DNA of 64,000 bases from Podarcis bocagei. Its lineage: Eukaryota. The notes beneath the pieces are model-generated. The model made no database searches and was not told the DNA's origin. It was given only the letters and a program-made list of their open reading frames with translations. Numbering within the stretch: the stretch's first letter is position 1; each line of letters begins with the position of its first letter. Location of the stretch: the NCBI GenBank assembly GCA_964188305.1, contig OZ076887.1. The stretch is one strand, 5' to 3'. Of the stretch, positions 12,327 to 27,708 are shown in pieces. The position numbers were made by a program, and so were the translations under genes.

Positions 12327-13030
12327 CTGGGAGACAACATAGAGAGCAAAAGGTAAGTTTTAAACAAGATTTTCAATTACTATATATTTGTTGGTCAAAT
12401 AAATACATTTCTTATTTCTTCTGAAATATATTTTCAACAAAACATTGTTGAGGGGTTCTATTTAAGATTATTTCACTCATTTATCCTCACTCTATGGTTT
12501 TCTATACTTCCATGATTTACACAACCCCCAAATCTGCTGACTGTATGGGGTCTGGAAGGAGACGTGGCTCTCTGCTACTGAAGAACATTGGGACATGTCC
12601 GCAATGGTCCTTTGACCAGAAGTAGCTGGCATCAGGCCCCAAAATAGTGTATTTGGGGGGAAGGTAGTATCCAAAGCCCCTACATTCATTAGAGAAGTGC
12701 TGGAATCAGGCCCTCTCTCTACAACAAGCCTGCAGCTGACTTAACTAAATTTGCCTCCGTTGGAATGTGCAATGGGAAAGGGGACAGAAATGAAAATTTT
12801 ACATTGTGAAGGAAAAAAGGCAAGTCTGCCCACCCCCCACCCCCCGCTGGCAGGCCTTTGGAAGTGGCAGTAAAATTGCCCCTTTGCATCCCCAACCTCA
12901 CTCCATTTAGGATTGCGTTCCTAGTCTTCCTAATCTGAATATGAACATATAAATGTGATGTTGCATCTGCAGTGGAAGCCATTATATTTTAGGTTCCAGA
13001 TCTGTACCACTTATTAATAAGTTTACCCAC

Positions 13031-13290
13031 CTGATTTACCTGATGTAACAGTAGCACTGGGTTTCACAATTGTAGGCTTTCCTCCTGAAGAAGTAGATGG
13101 TTGTTCATTAACTGCCATTTCTGCTACTGCCCTTGTACTCCTTGTTCGGACCAAAGTCACATCTGCTTTTCCATTCATCTGAGCAGCAGTGTTTCTCAGG
13201 GATGTTGAACGTGATGGTGCAGAGGGCAAAGGTATAGCAGGGGGTTCAGCTTTCAGCTGTGGTTTTATTATTTTGCGTTTCCTGTCCGGA
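13031..13290 (-). CDS. PHIP: PHIP exon 38 (SPDRKRKIIKPQLK...SGKS)
   Basis: Within ORF 13023-13373; AG acceptor; donor at 13030 (in-frame alternative donor at 13039). Confidence 0.88.
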
Positions 13291-13444
13291 CTACAAACAG
13301 ATGAGAAGTCTGACAACTCATATTTTATAGCGTAAAGCAATAGCAATAGGCCCTGGTTATCAACTAATTTCATCCATGAGCCATTTTGTCTTTATGTGGT
13401 CCAATTCACCCACACACATCTCTCTCAATGCCTCTTCAGCAATT

Positions 13445-13700
13445 CAAATGCTGATTGTAACCTTTAAAGGCCTAAATGGCTAGGGCCACAGGTATCCAAG
13501 GAACTGCCTAATCCCACATGAACCTGCCCAGGTCTTAGAATATTCAGTAGAAATTGATTGCTTCTGCTGCTGAATATTAGGTGGGTGACAAACTGGGAAA
13601 AGGCGTTGTATGTTGTGGTTCTATGACTCTAGAATGTTCTCCATTAGCAAATGAGTCTGATGTCTAAAGCTTATCAAGCTAAGACCTTTTTAATGTCTAG
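13445..13700 (+). mobile_element. Degraded L2-like LINE 3' fragment
   Basis: TTCAAATGCTG..ACCTTTAAAGGCCTAAATGGC resembles the 32.2-kb copy. Confidence 0.5.
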
Positions 13701-13719
13701 GTTTTTAAGTATCTTTTTA

Positions 13720-14016
13720 CAGTGGTGCCTCGCAAGACGAAATTAATCCGTTCCGCGAGTCTCTTTGTCTTGCGGTTTTTTCGTCTTGCGAAGCACGGCT
13801 ATTAGCGGCTTAGCGGCTATTAACGGCTTAGCGGCTATTAATGGCTTAGCGGCTTTAAGAAAAAAGAAACAAACTCGCAAGAACTCGCAAGACGTTTCGT
13901 CTTGCGAAGCAAGCCCATAGGGAAATTTGTCTTGCGGAAAGACTCAAAAAACGGAAAACTCTTTCGTCTTGCGCATTTTTCGTCTTGCGAGGCATTCGTC
14001 TTGCGAGGTAACACTG
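13720..14016. mobile_element. Tc1/mariner (Tigger-like) MITE
   Basis: TA|CAGTGGTGCCTCGCAAGACG ... CGTCTTGCGAGGTAACACTG|TA; internal GGCTTAGCGGCTATTA repeats. Confidence 0.88.
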
Positions 14017-14101
14017 TAGTTAGCTTTAAGTTTTAACCACAGCTTAAGTACTGGTCTGCAAGTATCCCCTTATGGTTAGTAAGTTTACTGAATTAACTGT
14101 A

Positions 14102-14310
14102 CAGTGGTACCTCGGGTTACATACGCTTCAGGTTACAGACTCCGCTAACCCAGAAATAGTACCTCGGGTTAAGAACTTTGCTTCAGGATGAGAACAGAAA
14201 TCGTGCTCCGGCAGCATGGCAGCAGCAGGAGGCCCCATTAGCTAAAGTGGTGCTTCAGGTTAAGAACGGACCTCCGGAACGAATTAAGTACGTAACTAGA
14301 GGTACCACTG
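14102..14310. mobile_element. Tc1/mariner (Tigger-like) MITE, second family
   Basis: TA|CAGTGGTACCTCGGGTTAC ... GTAACTAGAGGTACCACTG|TA. Confidence 0.88.
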
Positions 14311-14577
14311 TATTCTCTCAGATGCTGGGGTGTGGGTGGGGCGCAGGGAGAAAACAACTCCTACACCAAGGGGTCAGGTGGCCTCATGTATGATAGTGGC
14401 AGCTTGGACAACTGGACTGGAAGAATCAAAGCTAGCCCTGGGCCTGTGCATGGGAGTAAGCTAGGAAATATCTTTTTATGCAGTGTAAAATATTAACAAA
14501 AGGAAGCCACAAGTGCTGCCACACCAATGTAAAACATTCAAATATTGCACTTGGAAGAACGAAGAACTCTATCATAC

Positions 14578-14741
14578 CTTGATGCAACGCTACTAGAAAG
14601 AGAACTGCTTCTGCTTCTTTTCTTCCTTATCTTTTTAATTGTGCTTCTTTTATGAAAACGCAAGGCTGCTTTGTAATCTGATAAGATGGAACTAATGTGT
14701 TCTTCAAAGAAGGCAGACAGGCGCAGGCTCATGCTGTAAAT
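14578..14741 (-). CDS. PHIP: PHIP exon 37 ([16 protein letters not shown]..., end of bromodomain 2)
   Basis: AG/GT, 164 nt, bromodomain C-helix. Confidence 0.95.
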
Positions 14742-14819
14742 CTATTAAAAATATTAAAGTGTATTAATATGACAAAAAATTGAACAGTTTGTCTCACATT
14801 TAAATTTATGCCCATAGTA

Positions 14820-15171
14820 AAGGTAAAGGAACCCCTGACCATTAGGTCCGGTCGTGACCGACTCTGGAGTTGCGGCACTCATCTCGCTTTATTGGCCGAG
14901 GGAGCCGGCATACAGCTTCCAGGTCATGTGGCCAGCATGACTAAGCCGCTTCTGGCGAACCAGAGCAGCGCACGGAAACACCGTTTACCTTCCCGCCGGA
15001 GCGGTACCTATTTATCTACTTGCACTTTGCCTGCTTTCGAACTGCTAGGTGGGCAAGAGCAGGGACCGAACAATGGGAGCTCACCCCGTCGTGGGGATTT
15101 GAACCGCCAACCTTCTGACCGGCAAGTCCTAGGCTCTGTGGTTTAACACACAGTGCCACCCGTGTCCCACG
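14820..15171 (-). mobile_element. Sauria SINE (Squam1-type), full length
   Basis: Diagnostic body and (ACCTTT)n tail on the minus strand; 12-bp TSD ATGCCCATAGTA at 14808-14819 and 15172-15183. Confidence 0.92.
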
Positions 15172-15693
15172 ATGCCCATAGTAGTTTACACAAATCAGCA
15201 GACACATGAAGCAAGATCAACTGCACAGAAGATCCCCATAAGGCTCCACAGCATCACATTCTCTGTTTCCCATGCACCGCAATGGGAACATTAGAAGGAA
15301 TGTTCACAGTTCTTTACCCAGCCTTGTACTCTCCATAGGTGCTTTTGGTCAGAATGTAAGCAGCCAACACAGATAGAGGGAACACTGGATGAGGACAGGA
15401 GAGGGGCCACAGACTTCACATCTACTCTGTTGTTCCTTCCTGTCACGTTGCTAGTCTGCATGCCCAAGTGCAGGAAAAATAGGTAGATGCAGGGAATAAG
15501 GATCCGTTGAATTGTATCAGGATTCTCCATGAACAGGCACAAGACCCAAAATAAGGTATTATTTCAGGTTAACACCAACTATATCTTTAAATATGCTTTA
15601 AATTTAACGTCTGAGACGTGTTTTGTTGTCCATATTCAAATCAATTACACATTCCGCTTCTCGAGCAACAAGCACAACATTTAAAGAACATCA

Positions 15694-15891
<198 letters not shown>

Positions 15892-16248
15892 TTAGAAACA
15901 TTAATGAACTGATTTCAACAATCTAATGTTATATTACTAAATACTGAAAAAGCAGAAAATAACTGCACAAGCCAGTATGAAAAACCATAAATCTTATACT
16001 GTGTTTTAAGCAAAATCCCCCAATGGAAAAAGGCCTAAAATTTCTGAATGTGCTACAAATCAGATGTATGGCAGATGAACAGCCTCAACAAACAGAATGC
16101 ATGAAATACCAAATACAACCACACCTGTAAGAGAGATAGATAATAATATTTTGCTGAAAACTCAACATCATTGTCTTTTACTTAATAAAATGTTTATCAT
16201 TATTCTTCCACTTCAGTTTTCTAAGGTAAATGTTTCAGAAGAACATCA

Positions 16249-16416
<168 letters not shown>

Positions 16417-16795
16417 CTAGAACAGCAATATTGAATACGGCTTATCAAATAAGTAGCTGTTCTTGCAAATTAAACAGAAAACTGATTATCCCCTTGTGGG
16501 AAAATGCTGAAGGAAAAAATATTCTGTGACCTCTCTCAAATTTTGAAGCCTTGCACTGTTACTTGAATTGAACCCAGTCAATTTTTAATATCTATCTGGA
16601 AAAAATCAGGAGAAGGAAGCCATGGGCTGCTGGTGGTACCCACCATTTGGAAAATCAATAGTTTTAACATTTATTGAAATAATCAATAATATTAAACATG
16701 AAGATACACATAATCAAAGAGGCCTTATTTAAATTTGTTTGTTCCCACTTCACACATAACCAAAGCAGAAATCACTGATGTAAAACAAATATTAC

Positions 16796-16846
16796 CTTCC
16801 TCTTTCTAGTAGAAGTGCCTGGCATGTTAATGTCTTTCTCTTCTTC
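16796..16846 (-). CDS. PHIP: PHIP exon 34 (EEEKDINMPGTSTRKRK)
   Basis: AG/GT, 51 nt. Confidence 0.88.
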
Positions 16847-17910
16847 CTTTGGGCAATAAAATATTCATCACATGATGCAGAAATACTAAGCATTTGAAAT
16901 ATACTTAACTTTGGGTACTACTTCATATTTATTTATTTACTTCTACTTCCTTTCTATTATGAACTTGTAAGTCTGAAAATATTTTTACACTTTAAGAAGC
17001 CAGCATTTGTAAACAGCAGCCACAGGCACTGCCTACGCTTGTTACTGCTGCTACTAGTTCCAGTCATTTCCTTGCCTGCATGAAGTTTAGTGTGTGATAC
17101 AAGGCCCACAAATACCTGTAAAGTTATTACTAGCTTGTATTGAGATAGGGATGCATTTTCCAGAATCTCAAATTTTAAAACAGTGACTGTTTAAAACACA
17201 AGCACACAAACACACGTATAGGGACAGTTATAAATTACATTATATCAGAATTTATGGATCTGATTAATGTTTTCTTATACTAACATAAAGAACATTAACC
17301 AGGCAATAATTTATCTTCCTAGCTTAATTTGAGCTACTCAGGTATTCTTTGTAAACTAGAATCCAAATTCTGCACTTTTATCCAAAAATAAAAGTCGACT
17401 GGGTTTTATGTTGCACACTATGCTCTGGATGTGAGAGAGCTGGCAAAGGTATATAGCTTTGTACCAGCATAACATCAAAACAACAGCAGTGGCTCTAAGG
17501 ACAGGGATTCTGAGGAAGGCACACACCTGCAATGAAATTCTCTGCATACAGAATGCTTAAGGATTAAATACTTGATTTTACTAGAATTGCATTATATTTG
17601 GGGACAGAGGTGTGTACATCTGTGTGATGCATATACATTCATGGAGCTTGTATGTAGAAATAATGTTCACTCATAATTCACATAACAAGTAAATTGTTGT
17701 TGCAATGAATAAAGCACACAAATATTACTTCAAATAAATTAGGGACTAAAAACCATCCTTCCTGTAAAGAACCCAAGGAGCTTGAACTAGAAGGAATTTG
17801 ATTATCATTGCAGAACCCCTCTCTGAAAGCTAAATTTGGGCAGAAAAATACTTTAAATAATATATATAACTACTTTCTAAAGAAATGCATGACATATTGA
17901 GTTAGCTTAC

Positions 17911-17983
17911 CTCCTCCGAATCAGACAGGATTTTTTTCTTCATGGCATTATACAGTGGGATTATGTCATAGCAAGTCTGATCT
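17911..17983 (-). CDS. PHIP: PHIP exon 33 ([24 protein letters not shown])
   Basis: AG/GT, 73 nt. Confidence 0.93.
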
Positions 17984-19132
17984 CTGTTCGATAAAACACT
18001 TTGCATTAATGAGCTTATTTGCAGCCACAGATGCACAGAGTAACTTGGATCCTGAGCAGAAATCCAGTTACAGGATACTCCCTGGTGGGAGGAAGCAATT
18101 TTGGCTGGTTCTTTTTTCCACTGCAGCTCCTTGCTCACTGGGTGACCCACTAGAGTAGCCTGGGAGACAGCACTGGAGGCTGGAGGTGGAACTGAAGATA
18201 GTCTTCCCTCTCCCTTCCACCAGTGGGAGCCTCCATTCGATTAGAGTCCCTTCTATTAATGGAAGGAACCCTTAGCGCTCATGGAAAACCAAATCAGGAT
18301 CTAAATGTCTATACTATACAGAATTTTATTGCTTCATGTTATTGGATTATAGTCAAAGTAATGCCAGCGGAGTTCCCTGGTGCAATGCTTCCATTCCCTC
18401 TCCTCTCCCCAATCTTCTGAAGTTTCCTCAACTTTCCAGAGCTGATTTTGAGGGTGCGCATGGAGCTGCAGGGGAGAGGAGAGAAAGTTCCATTCTGCTA
18501 TCACAAGGCTTTTGCACTAGCAGAATGGGAGCATGGAATACTGCCCAACATTAGGAAGATTTTAAATATCAACCTTCCTACTGTTTAAATGGTAATGTTA
18601 ACCATGTTCTCTCCTCTAAACATGTAAAAGAATATGCCGAGTATAAAACATTGTCTTTCTTTGTATCTTTCTCAGATTATATTTTTCCTGCCTCTCTATC
18701 CAAAGCCACTTCTACTCAAAAACAAAACAAAACAGGAAAACCCCAGGCACAAGCAGCTTCTAAGCTTTCAGCAATTAATTTACAGGATTTCAACTACCCG
18801 GCTTTCAACCACACAAAGTTGATATCACACAAATTAATCACAAATAAGATGCGATCGTACTGTATTCCCAATTCCTTGCCTTCCAGTAATGAGAACAAGA
18901 TTAAATGAGCCCACAATGGAATTTACAACACACTATTTCCATGGATAAAGTTGTTTCTGGAAGAGTGGTAATTGCTGAAAAAATGAATTCTCTTATTCAC
19001 AATAGCAATTAATAGTTCACTCTTACCCATTGTAAACATAAATAACATTCACTATAGATTAAAAGCATGTAAAGAATTTCTCTGGTTTATGCTATTTCCA
19101 CAATATGCACTGTGGGTCTGTTCATTAGCTTA

Positions 19133-19351
<219 letters not shown>

Positions 19352-19549
19352 TCAGTGTTGTACAAGCAAACTTCTGATAACCCTTCCTCTCTGTCCCTCC
19401 CACATCCCCAAAATCTCCTAAAGACAGTCGCTTCTGGAACAATTATCGGGATACACATTTCTCAAAGTAGGGCTAAATTAATAATATGGACAAATTGTCA
19501 GAAATATAAAACCATCCTGACAAGAAGAAAAAAATGAGAGCTTAATACA

Positions 19550-19900
19550 TGACTGCTTCAGTCAAGGCAGGCGCAAACTGAATTATAGTACCTACTTACT
19601 TCCTGCTTTTGACCACTAGGTGGAGTCATTACATATTTAGATTTTAATGGATCAGATTGGGGACAGGTCTTCCATAACTGGGGCACCACCACGGAGGGAG
19701 CCTTCGCTCTGGTAGCTGCCCACCTTATCTCAGATGGCAGCAGCACTCACAGCAGGCCCTCCACTGCAAATGTATAGGTACATATATCTGCATACGGCAG
19801 CCCTACAATTATCCTGGGTCCAAGCCATAAAGAGTTTTAAAGATCAATGCCCACATACTGAATTAGTCCCAGAAAAGGACCAGAAAACAGTGCAGCTGGC
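19550..19900 (-). mobile_element. Old L2-like LINE fragment
   Basis: Reverse complement resembles the L2 ORF2 3' region (AGGGCCTTCTCGGTAGTGGCACCC-like motif) of the 32.2-kb copy. Confidence 0.45.
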
Positions 19901-20251
19901 CTAGAGAAAAGAGATCACAGAATACTGTGTTGGTTGGTTCTGGTTCCTTGGGTTATGACAGGAGGCTCAAAGAGATAAAATTATGAGCTTATAATCAAAA
20001 ATACCTCCTGTAGGCTTCCTTTTAAGCAGTTCCAAGAGGAACAGCAGCTTTAACGTAAGTACTTGTTCAGTTAGAAAAACAGTTAAGAAAAGAAGGGACC
20101 CATAAGCCATTTAGGCTGGAGCATTGCAAGATTTAACCATAGGACAAGAAAGCCTTATACAACAGTTTGACATTTCATTGTACATTACAGTAATTGATCT
20201 GTGCTGTACACAGCTCAGCTAGAAGCAAAAGCTGCCCAGGAAATTACCCTA

Positions 20252-20464
<213 letters not shown>

Positions 20465-20843
20465 TTAGTGATAGGGAAGCAATTTTCTTAATGTGCAGCA
20501 GTAATTTGAGTGAGAGAGTGCCTAGCTAAAGAGGGAATTCTACAAGTCTTTCAATAAGAATGTGAAGTAGAAGTGACTTTTTTTTTACTTGTAAGGTACT
20601 GAATATTTGTATTCTATGACCAACACACACAAAAATATTTTCTCCAAAGTCCATCTCATGCATGCCATTTTCTGGCATAGAAATGATTGCCACAGATGAA
20701 GTGGACTGAAAAACTTGAATTTCAGTATGTGTTTTGAGAATAATTTTAATACAGAAGGCCAAATTAAAAATATGCAGGAATGTGAGACTATCTTAATGGA
20801 TAGAAATGATAAAAAACACTTTTCCCCCCTTCTTTCACATTAC

Positions 20844-20999
20844 CTAAAGTCATCAGCTGGTTTATCCCTGAAATTATTCTTTCACATTCATCATCACGAG
20901 TCCTGGAACCCCACTCTCCTTCCAAAGGCTTGTAGATTAATGATCTGCTTTCAATATTAGTTAAAGGAACACTAGTTCCAAGCTCCTCTGGAAACACAG
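20844..20999 (-). CDS. PHIP: PHIP exon 30 ([13 protein letters not shown]...INQLMTL)
   Basis: AG/GT, 156 nt. Confidence 0.95.
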
Positions 21000-23052
21000 C
21001 TGAAAGAGACACAAAATGAACATAATAGCTGATATAATTATCCTTGCAACTTAAGAAATTGCATATCTATTTTTTTAATAAAAAAAAACAACACAATGGT
21101 ATAAACAATTCACAGCCCACTATTGTTTTTAAGAGCAACTAACTGATTGTGGAATATTATAAATGCATTTGGAAGAAAAACAAATACTTATTTCTGCATT
21201 ACAGAGCATCTTCCATTATTAACATACTTACACAGAGTCATAGCTAGCTAGGATTGTTTTTTTTTTTTTTTTTTTTGGTTTAAATAATGAAATGAAATAA
21301 TCTATCCTTAAGGGATTGGACTGAGTTAGATGGATGAAAGGCTATATACATTTGAGCTACACACCTACATTTTTAATATATCTAATTACTTTTACAGTAT
21401 TGAAAATCTTCTTGATTTAGGTCAGCATGTAAATGAATTCATCTCCACGTCACACAAATATAATGATAAACATTCTTGTTAACCAGTCTGGAGTCTGGCA
21501 ATAAGAATTTAGGATTTCTAAGGAAGAGCTAAAATGAGATCCAACTCTCAAGTAGCTAAGTTTGAAGAATAATGTTAGAAGGCGCAAAAGAAACTTATGG
21601 TTAGGGGAAATTATGTCTCTCCTAGCACTAGGGTACACTAAAGCATTTTGTAAACCACTAAACCACTTTGTAACCTTGACAATTCCAACATTTAACAGTC
21701 AAAGCTTTTCTTTATAAAAGTAGAGGCTGTTCCATATAGCAAGCGGTTTATGAAGTTTCTACTTTTCTTCTCACTGCAGTCAACATGGCAAGTGATCAGC
21801 ATTCCTTCCACCTTTGGAGCTATGGAGATGGGTAGCGTACATTCTTGAGGTTGCATAGTGATTCCTGCCCCTTTTCCAAGCTCCAAGGTTGGAAGCAAGG
21901 CAGAAAGTTATTTAGTTGCTCTGTTGATGAGGTGACTAGCACTTCTTGCCTCTTGCCTTTTCTCTCTTCCTGTTCGTAATGAATTGTGAATTGTTTACAT
22001 TGATGGAGATTCTTTAAATTAAGTATTTATTTGTATTATGTTATTTGTATTTTATAGGAAATGACATGTATAGCAATGTATTGCTGGTGTTTATTTAGAA
22101 TAGAATAGAATTTTATTATTACGGTCACAGACCAGTTCCGGGTCACTTACAATATCAGTTCCAGGTCACTTACAATTTCCCTTTGTTTTTCCTACTTTTC
22201 TGTGAATTGCTTTTGGGTGTACTTATATAGAAGAACAGAATACAAATATAGTGACTGACTGAAAGTTGTATCCAAAAGCATTGCTGAGCAGACAGATTTC
22301 CATCAGTGGAACAGGAAGGAATCCCCATCTCCCTTGCAGCTCTTATCCAATCAGCTCTGGAGGGTTGGGGACCCAAATAGCTTGCCAAGTGCCGCTGTCT
22401 CCATACAGATATTTCAAGTGATCACCAACACCAAAGTGGGAGATTTTTGGCCCTCCAAGCATTTAACTACAGCTCACATCAGCCAAAGCAACCATGGCCA
22501 ATGGCTAACGTTAATGTGAGTTGTAGTTCAGCAACATTTGAAGGGCCAGAGGTTCCCACACCTGACCTACATAAACAAATTAACTGGGACAGAGTCTTCA
22601 TTCTTCCACTTTACCACTCATGAGTAGAAGCAATCATCATAATACTTCTAAAGTGTTAAATTTAATCAATTTATATATCAATATCTGAACTTAACAGAGT
22701 AAGTTTTTATTACAGTGAATCCAGCAGTGTTATGAACTCTGACTTGGGAATTCACCCCAGCAATGCAATGGAAGGACAAGTTTTGGAGTCTTTGCAAAAT
22801 GTTTGCTTCCAAGTAGTTTAACAACAAAATTTTGTAGCAATTTCTGAAAACCAGGCAACCAAAATGCAATGTTCAATTTTCTTAAAACAGGTAACGAGTT
22901 AGTTCACAGACATTTTATTAATGTAATAAAGAAATTGATTTGTTTTCCCTTCTTTTATAGCATAATCAGCTTAACTTCTTTATAGTTCATCACATACGTA
23001 CATAGTAAGTTCTGTCTCCTTTCTGTACATCTAGGGGAAAGTAGACACATAC

Positions 23053-23114
23053 CATTGTTTGGTATAGGCTCCATATCCCAAGGACTCATTTTCTCAGCAT
23101 CTCCATTGTCCCAA
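23053..23114 (-). CDS. PHIP: PHIP exon 29 ([20 protein letters not shown])
   Basis: AG/GT, 62 nt. Confidence 0.93.
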
Positions 23115-23247
23115 CTTCAAGAGAGAGAGAGAAAATTACAATCAAGTTAAAGTTACTATTACTTATCTGAATATGTAGATGATCAACGCTTTACCCCAAA
23201 AATATTTTCAACAAAATGCAGGTAGAAAACGTACCAGCTAATGATTA

Positions 23248-23490
<243 letters not shown>

Positions 23491-24746
23491 TTATAATCAT
23501 GACCAATATTATTAGAGGTAGCTTTTGCCAACTATTGAACAAACAAGAAGATGCAACACCCTGACAACTTTCCATTAGTAGGACTGCATAAAGCTTCAGC
23601 ACTCTAATGACACCATTACAACCAGATAAGCTTGACAAAAGAAGATTCATTTCAGCGGGCTGCAAAATACTCCCAAAGGTAAGATGCCACAGAGGCTCTT
23701 TGTTATTAAAGAGGTCTGTGTCACATCCTCTAATCTCATGTTGAGACTGTATGACAGAGGCAGTCAGTTTCCAGTTATAAAGAAGGCAGCCATAAATTTG
23801 GCCCATATTCCTTCCTCCTACTACAGCATTGCTTTTCTCAACATCTAAGACATGAACAGCTCAAAAACAGATCTGAATCCTGCATGTGGGCTTTAGCCAG
23901 CTCTGTTCACCTGGCTTAGAGGGCGAGGGCTGATTCCTCTCCATTCAGTCCTCTCTCCCCTCCCCTCTATGTGATCAGTACTGACAGCACTAACTATCTG
24001 TTCAGCAGACACTGTTGGTCCAGGGATAAAAGATGGGCCCTGAAATCCCGTTTTTTGACTTACAATTACAGGAGAAGACAAGGCAGACAATAGTTTATTC
24101 ATTCAGAACATACGCCTAAAAATATACTAAAACAAAAATGTTTAAATTCTCTTCAGGGTTTTTGTTTGTTTGTTTGTTTTTTAGTTTTTCATACCCAACT
24201 GTATTGCAAAAATAATATTGATTTCGAATGTTATCTATGTTAGTATTACTAATCAATACTAATATTGATTAGTATTGTCAAGAAATAAAAGATTTATCAT
24301 AATCCTATACTCAATTGTATAGTATAGAAACAAATTTTAAAAATTTTCTGCTTTAATAATTGCTTTCAATTATTGTTGCTTCTAAAATTCAGGTGAGGCA
24401 ACTTGTTTTAACGTGAATCTATATGGCTTCCTGTTTCACTCATCCACCCAAAAATCTGAGATCTTGGTTCAAAGGACTTCTGTTCTTAATCAAGGAGCTC
24501 AGGCTTTGCAGGCCTTTAATTAGCTGGATAAAAGCCATGTTGCCACAGTTTTCTGCCTTGACCTAGTCAGCTCAGCTTTTACCTTCCTTAAAAAAGTAAA
24601 CGCAAAATTGGGAAAATACATTAAGTCTGGCATCTCTAGTTCAAAGCAGAAAACTTAGCAGGTTTGAGTAAATAATCCGTATTTATATTTAATGCTCAGA
24701 ATTATAATTAACACCTCCCAAAATTACTGATACAGTGATTGTATTA

Positions 24747-24869
<123 letters not shown>

Positions 24870-25313
24870 TTAAGAAAGGTGTTTGCTATTTCATAGCCAA
24901 AAATATTTGAGAACATATCAATGCCAAGTAAAGATTTAGTAGACATTGTAGAAGAACTTCAGTGCCCCACCCCACAAAAACACTAAGGGATAAAGTAGAA
25001 GTCTGGTAGGAGACCAAATTAACACTGAATTGCTGGGAAGTTGGGGGGGGATGATTAAAATGAAGCACGCACACAGAAGTATAGCCCATTACTGCTCTCT
25101 TATCTTCTCTTGACTTCTATTTTCAACAGGTAAAAGAAAGGGAAGAAGGAATTTCTTAAAAAGCTCAAGGCGATGAATATTTGAAAGTTACTTAGGAAGC
25201 CCTTTTAAGCTTCATTTTATAAGGACCTTTTAATTTAGATCCACTGCAAGCATATTACAAACACTTATTTAGCAACAAATATTACAACAGCCGTATGTGA
25301 ACAGTGGCCCTTA

Positions 25314-25469
<156 letters not shown>

Positions 25470-26030
25470 TCAATATACTAAGAAAACACAACAGAAAGAG
25501 TTAACATATGACAGCAAATGTAGTCTGGGAGTTCTAAGCTTTATAATATATTTCCTTGTATTTTGAAGTAAAATGGAGTCTACCTTTTAGTAATTTTTTA
25601 ATGTATTTAATGCTGTACATTACTTCAGTCTTAAGGCGGTAGAGAATGTGATTCAAATACTACAGTACATGAGAGGGGGCTGAGGAGAAGGCAATGTGGT
25701 CTATAAATTATACAGAAACTTAATATGCAACCATTATACAAAAACATAAGAAAGAGGATTATGCTAACAACCACTCTTCATTTGGCAATATATTTATCCT
25801 TTGCTGTCATGACCACAAAACATTGAAATTGCACTCAACTTACAAGAAGTTAGGAACAGTCAATGGCAGCAAGGGATGGAGGGAAATGCACACAAGATAG
25901 GAGAGGGTCAAGGATAAAGAATGCCACCTTGCCATGGTTTGTTTTAGAGGACAACCTACGTATGCCTACAAAGTAATAAATCCTTCTGAGTTTAGGGGAG
26001 TTACTCCAAGATAAACACATACAGAACTTA

Positions 26031-26186
<156 letters not shown>

Positions 26187-27319
26187 TTATTTAAAAAAAA
26201 ATGCCACCTTACTTGATGTGTGAAAAAGTTGGCGATTCAAAAACATTAAATGTCTAGAGATATTTTTCTTGAAATTCTCTTCTTTTTAAAACTTGGAAGT
26301 CCATTTACCCAGCCGCATAACATATACTTAAATATCAGAGGACATGCAATTTGTCATTTCTACTTCCTGACCAGTGGCCACCTCTTCCCTTACCTCATTT
26401 TCACTGTTCCAGTCATGTCCTCTGCTACAATTACGTTTCTACTCCCGCTAGCCTTTTCCTTTTTAAACACAACAGCCAGACAGCATTCCATGGCTACTGA
26501 GCATGCTCCTCTATCGCTGGGGGTTTTGATGGTGAGGGTCCTTTAAAATTCTCCCCCCTATATGATTCTTTGCACTTCTGCAGACGTAGGAATTCCTCCA
26601 AGCCTGTTGCTACTTCTGCAGGAATGGTGCTGTTTTAACTATCTAAGCCACTGTACTCACACCAGAATATAAGACACAGAGAACAAGCATGGCTCTGCAA
26701 CAAAGTGTTATAGCATGGCAAATTCTGTTAAGGGTTCCAGCTACTGCATTCTACTCTCTCCCCTCTCCTCATTTTTATTCCACAACATTCACACAGAATT
26801 CCATGGGCACTAAATATACTGCTCTTATTGTGCTGCTTTTGTTTTTACCATCCATGGGGTGTGTGGGGTAGACAACTGGCGCCCAATCCTGGCAACAATA
26901 AAAGCTCAAAGTTTTTCATAAATGTCCAGAGGCAGCCCTCTTCCATCCCTGAGGACATTTAAAATAAGCTTTTCAGTGTGAACCATAAATAGCCTGTGTA
27001 AACAATGGGACAGTGAAATGATTCTCTCTACCTTTTTCATATATGTGTTTTTTCCTTCTATCCTCACCTGCTCTCAGCAAGCACCTGTAAGGTTTTTATA
27101 CATTTATGAAATGTGTACATTTTGGGTTCTACTTAGCTTACAATAGCAAAATAGTCATGCTATGCGTTTCTCATTATTGTGCATAATATGAAACCAGTGA
27201 AGTGGCTAATAAGGCTCGCAGCTATATTTAAAAGCAAAATTCAACACTAATAATCAGTTTAAACATTTTGAAGCTTTTTAATACACCACAGTGCAAGTTT
27301 ATAACATTCAGTTAAAAAA

Positions 27320-27673
27320 AAAAAGGTAAGAACCCCAGGACAGTTAAAGGCGACTATGGGGTGCAGCGCTCATCTCACTTCAGGCCAAGGAGCCGGCGTT
27401 TGTCCAGACAGCTTTCCAGGTCATGTAGCCAGCATGACTACACCACTTCTGGCACAACAGGACACCGTGACGTGCCAGAGCACACAGAAACACCATTTCC
27501 CTTCCTGCCACAGCAGTACCTATTTATCTACTCGCACTGGTATGTTTTCAATCTGCTAGGTTGGCAGAAGCTGGGACAGAGCAACAATCTCCATCATGTG
27601 AATTCAAACCGCTAACCTTCGGACAGGCAAGCCCAAGAGGCTTAGTGGCTTAGACCATAGCATTACCCGCTCC
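27320..27673 (-). mobile_element. Sauria SINE, older copy
   Basis: Co-linear with 14820-15171 (CAGCTTTCCAGGTCATGTAGCCAGCATGACTA, GTACCTATTTATCTACT). Confidence 0.85.
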
Positions 27674-27708
27674 TATTTTTTAACATTAGAATAAGATAAC
27701 ACCTGGAA

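Noticed and set aside
22098-22176. (AGAAT)n plus a short tandem duplication CAGTTCC(G/A)GGTCACTTACAAT, possibly a LINE 3' tip
   Set aside because: Too short to assign a family
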